A stretch of 45,183 nucleotides of DNA from Rhodoferax sp. GTDB lineage: Bacteria > Pseudomonadota > Gammaproteobacteria > Burkholderiales > Burkholderiaceae_C. The DNA is taken from positions 1-45,183 of the forward strand of contig JBIKZZ010000001.1 in NCBI GenBank assembly GCA_044354435.1. Direction: 5' to 3'. Of the stretch, positions 41,980 through 45,183 are shown piece by piece. Below the pieces are notes generated by a model. It was not told where the DNA came from and did not search any database. It saw nothing but the letters and a program-made list of their open reading frames with translations. Made by a program: the position numbers and the translations under genes. Position 1 is the stretch's first letter. Each line of letters begins with the position of its first letter.

Positions 41980-43053
41980 ATGTTCGACCGAAACGCCCCC
42001 TTCAACGATTTGCCCCCACTGCCACCGTCTGTGGAGTTGGAGAGCAAGGCAATCCTGAAAAAAGCGATTACTGCCAGCCGTGCACTGGCCGAGCTGAAGG
42101 GCATGGCCGAGCGCATGCCCAACCAAGCGATGTTGATCGACAGCTTGGTGCTGCAAGAAGCGCGCGCATCGTCGGAGATTGAAAACATCTTGACGACGAA
42201 TGACGAGTTGTTCAAGGCTGCATCCGATGAAGCCCTGCCGGCCAGTGCCGAGGCCAAGGAGGTGCTGCGTTATCGGCAGGCACTGAACCATGGGTTTCGG
42301 CAGATCAAGGAGCGACCACTAGCCACTGGGTTGTTCATCGAGATTGCCCAACTGATAAAAGAAACTGATTTCAATATCCGCCGCATGCCCGGCACCCGCA
42401 TTGCCAATGGCAAGAACGAAACGATTTACACCCCACCCGAGGGCGAGGGTGTCATCCGCGACAAGCTGCGCGAGCTTGAAAACTTCATGCACGGCGACGA
42501 CGGTATGGACGTGCTGGTGAAGATGGCGCTAGTGCACTACCAGTTTGAGGCCATTCACCCCTTTCCGGACGGTAACGGGCGCAGCGGCCGGATTCTGAAC
42601 ATTTTGTATCTTGTGGACCGCGGCCTGCTGAACCTGCCGGTGCTTTACCTGTCGCGCTATGTGATTGACCACAAGGCGGCGTATTACGATGGCCTAAGGC
42701 GCGTTACGGAAGAAGGCGCCTGGGCCGACTGGGTGCTGTATATGCTGGACGCGGTGGAGCAGACCTCATTACGGACCCACCAACAAATCACCGACATACT
42801 GGCGCTGATGGAGACAGTACGCGAACGGGTGCAGCGGGAAGCGCCGGCCGCGTACAGCAAGGACTTGATTGAGCAGATTTTCAGGCAACCATACTGCAAG
42901 ATTGCCTTCCTGGAACGGGCCGGCATGGGCACGCGTCAGACCTGCTCCAAGTACCTGCGCGAGCTGGAGCGGCTGGGCGTCCTGACCAGTCAAAAGATCG
43001 GCCGAGAGGTGTTCTTCATCAACCAGGCGCTGTTTGAGCTCCTCACACGATGA
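41980..43053 (+). CDS. Fic family protein adenylyltransferase (class II-like, C-terminal wHTH)
   Basis: HPFPDGNGRSGR catalytic loop; N-terminal SSEIEN inhibitory motif. Confidence 0.92.
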   Translation: MFDRNAPFNDLPPLPPSVELESKAILKKAITASRALAELKGMAERMPNQAMLIDSLVLQEARASSEIENILTTNDELFKAASDEALPASAEAKEVLRYRQALNHGFRQIKERPLATGLFIEIAQLIKETDFNIRRMPGTRIANGKNETIYTPPEGEGVIRDKLRELENFMHGDDGMDVLVKMALVHYQFEAIHPFPDGNGRSGRILNILYLVDRGLLNLPVLYLSRYVIDHKAAYYDGLRRVTEEGAWADWVLYMLDAVEQTSLRTHQQITDILALMETVRERVQREAPAAYSKDLIEQIFRQPYCKIAFLERAGMGTRQTCSKYLRELERLGVLTSQKIGREVFFINQALFELLTR

Positions 43054-43152
43054 CAGTTACCAACATCAACTTGTGAAAAAGCGTTAAAAATAACGTATTT
43101 TTTTAACACATTCAGTCAACATGTTCGTTTTCACAACATATCCGCCCCACTG

Positions 43153-43330
43153 GGCGACTTCGTCCTTCAACGCTTCAAGGGCGTCACCGAGCCTGAGCAG
43201 ACACTACGCGACTACGTCGTCACACCGGCAGTTGGTGGATGCCTTCAGCAACGCCATGGGCTTAATTCAGCATGCGGTTCAGACCGACGGCAGCAAGGCG
43301 GCCTACCTGCAAGGCAGTTTTGGTTCGGGT
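43153..43330 (+). pseudogene. pglY: Frameshifted N-terminal fragment of PglY-like ATPase (Pgl / type 2 BREX)
   Basis: GDFVLQRFKGVTEPEQTLRDYVVTP, +1 shift near 43228, then QLVDAFSNAMGLIQHAVQTDGSKAAYLQGSFGSG, breaking inside Walker A; recognised from recalled PglY N-termini. Confidence 0.7.
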
Positions 43331-43444
43331 ACGGACCTGGACCTTTGCCGAGTCGGTCAAGTTTGCCGAATGCGTGCCCCAAGCGCTACTGAAACGAACA
43401 ATCGTCGCGCGAAACTTTGAAAATCCGAAATAACAACGATCTGC

Positions 43445-43748
43445 CTATTGGTCATTGGTTTAGCTGCGCTATACAGCTACGACCGATTGCTATCAAATAA
43501 ATAGCTGCAACTCCAATAAGGACGGGAGCTAGAGGCCAATTTGGGTCATGGATTCCCGGTCGTAGCCGGGAATGACGAAGCTGGGCCGGGGGTGGCGACG
43601 CTGGGCCGGGAATGACGAATCTCCGTCATCCTCGCGCAAGCGGGGATCCAGGCCAGCCAGCCCGCAGGTTTGCCGAAGCCTCAGGACACCGTCTGGTAGT
43701 ACAGGTTCTGCGGGTGCTTGGCCTGGGCGAAGAACAGCCAGCGTTCGG
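43445..43748 (+). repeat. Right copy of duplicated junction (diverged naaT-like tail, repeat copy C, soeC end)
   Basis: 43445-43504 reads LLVIGLAALYSYDRLLSNK*, against LLVIGLAGIYRRGDLLQNK* in naaT; the same repeat and palindromes follow. Confidence 0.82.
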
Positions 43749-44616
43749 CCAGCAGGCCGGGGGCTTGCAGCAGGGCGGCCAGCAGCCAGGGCCAGACACC
43801 GGTGTTCACTAGGCCCCAGCCCATCAGCAGCACCGGCAGGCCAAAGGCCAGCAGTTGAAAGCCCCAGCGCACATGGCGCAAGGCGGCGGCGCTGGCACCG
43901 TGAAAGAACTCGCGCGTGTTAAACGACCCGGCTGACATGCCCATGGACTTTTGCACCAGCCGCTCGCTGCGGATGCCGGTGGCCGACTGCAGGTTGGATT
44001 TATGGCGCAACAGGCTGTTGCGGCGCAGGCTTAAGCGGCGGGTGGCCCAGGCCAGCCAGGTCACGGCAAAGGCCCAGGGGCCGGTCGCGCGCAGCAGCGC
44101 CTGCTCACCGCTCAGCCCGGCCAGTGCGCAGCCCAGCACCAGCCCGGCGGACAAGCCGATGAGGATGAAGTTGACAATGGTCAGCGGGTGCGCCCATTCC
44201 TCAATAAAGCGCAGGCAGGCGTAAATCATGGCGGTGCAGTACCACAGGGCCACGGCACCCAGGACCACCAGCGCTGGCAACCAGACCGTGGCCAGCGAAC
44301 CCACAATGCCACCCGCCAGCACCAGCCACCACAGCGCGACCAGCCCGATGAAGGCCGGCAATAGGATGACCTCACGCGACATCCAGGAGGTGCGCCACAT
44401 CAGCACCGCACGCCAGGCGCGCATCTTGTGCCCCAGGTGCAGAAAAGACGCGGCCAGGCCCGCCAACAGCAGCAACTCGGCCAGACCGATGGCCGCCAGC
44501 ACAAAGCCGCTCGCCATTGGCACGCCCAGGAGCAGCGCCAGCGCCATCAGCACCAGCAGGCCCTGCCCGGTGCCGGCCAGGGTGGTGAAAAACAGAATCG
44601 AAAAAGCGGGATGCAT
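43681..44616 (-). CDS. soeC: Sulfite dehydrogenase membrane anchor (DmsC/NrfD-like)
   Basis: MHPAFSILFFTT, SFLHLG, WRTSWMSRE, TAMIYACL, ERWLFFAQAKH. Confidence 0.82.
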   Translation of the reverse strand: MHPAFSILFFTTLAGTGQGLLVLMALALLLGVPMASGFVLAAIGLAELLLLAGLAASFLHLGHKMRAWRAVLMWRTSWMSREVILLPAFIGLVALWWLVLAGGIVGSLATVWLPALVVLGAVALWYCTAMIYACLRFIEEWAHPLTIVNFILIGLSAGLVLGCALAGLSGEQALLRATGPWAFAVTWLAWATRRLSLRRNSLLRHKSNLQSATGIRSERLVQKSMGMSAGSFNTREFFHGASAAALRHVRWGFQLLAFGLPVLLMGWGLVNTGVWPWLLAALLQAPGLLAERWLFFAQAKHPQNLYYQTVS

Positions 44617-44622
44617 GGTGCC

Positions 44623-45183
44623 TCAGCTTTCCTTGGCCGGCGTGACGCGCCGTGGCAAATACTGGTTGGCCGGCTGGGTCTCCCACTCTGGCATCAATGC
44701 GTAGCCACCGCGCTCGCGGATCGCTTTGGAGACCTCAGAGTCGGGGTCTTTAACGTCGCCAAACAGGCGGGCGCCGGTGGGGCAAGCCTTGACGCAGGCG
44801 GGCTTGCGGTCCTCCTTGGGCAGGTGCTCGTCGTAAATACGGTCCACGCACAGGGTGCACTTGGTCATCACCTGGCGCTCTTCGTCCAGTTCGCGAGCGC
44901 CGTAGGGGCAGGCCCAGGCGCAGTACTTGCAGCCGATGCATTTGTCGTAGTCGACCAGCACAATGCCGTCTTCCTTGCGCTTGTAGCTAGCGCCCGTGGG
45001 GCACACTGGCACGCAGGGCGGGTCTTCGCAGTGCAGGCAGCTCTTGGGGAAGTGGATGGTGTCGGTGCCGGGGAAGGTACCCGCCTCGTAGGTCTGCACC
45101 CGGTTGAAAAACGTGCCGGTGGGGTTGGCACCATAGGCGTTCAGGTCGGCCAGCGGGCCGGCACTGCCCGAGGTGTTCCACTG
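44623..45183 (-). CDS. soeB: Sulfite dehydrogenase Fe-S subunit (5' end outside window)
   Basis: QWNTSGSAGPLADLNAYGANPTGTFFNRV, CLHCEDPPCVPVCPTGA, CIGCKYCAWACPYG, KCTLC, CVKACP. Confidence 0.85.
   Translation of the reverse strand, partial: QWNTSGSAGPLADLNAYGANPTGTFFNRVQTYEAGTFPGTDTIHFPKSCLHCEDPPCVPVCPTGASYKRKEDGIVLVDYDKCIGCKYCAWACPYGARELDEERQVMTKCTLCVDRIYDEHLPKEDRKPACVKACPTGARLFGDVKDPDSEVSKAIRERGGYALMPEWETQPANQYLPRRVTPAKES

Noticed and set aside
40492-43650. Repeat copies as a CRISPR array or integron attC sites
   Set aside because: Spacing is 1-2 kb and irregular, no cas or intI gene, no attC core pattern recognised.

Overview
GC-rich betaproteobacterial chromosome segment, probably Comamonadaceae (inferred from protein sequences and repeat style). 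1-8.3 kb is housekeeping: dedD (partial), folC, ArsC/YffB-like, argG, NDUFA9-like epimerase, ppnP, murB, yajQ, a degenerate HD-GYP protein, plsY. From 8.4 kb to the window end most genes fit one theme, catabolism of taurine and N-substituted taurines: a SulP transporter, tauABC followed directly by a guanidinopropionase-like ureohydrolase (candidate taurocyamine hydrolase), a TauR-type MocR regulator, taurine dehydrogenase tauXY, a Dpp-type ABC transporter with two paralogous Tat-exported binding proteins, an M14-like DUF2817 peptidase, a NaaS-like amidohydrolase with a NaaT-like COG0523 metallochaperone, and sulfite dehydrogenase soeBC. Paired CTGGCWC direct repeats (candidate TauR boxes) lie upstream of three of these units. 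Two blocks interrupt the region: an 11-kb acyl-CoA/beta-oxidation cluster ending in a truncated prpD-like gene, and a 3-kb decayed defence islet (MNT-HEPN, XRE remnant, Fic, frameshifted pglY fragment) bracketed by a duplicated naaT/soeC gene-end junction. A composite repeat (GCTA-N9-TAGC-N20-GGGCTAGA core plus CGTC-type palindromes) occurs four times at these junctions, and its core also appears inside folC. Family calls come from motif reading and recalled sequences; no database search was run.
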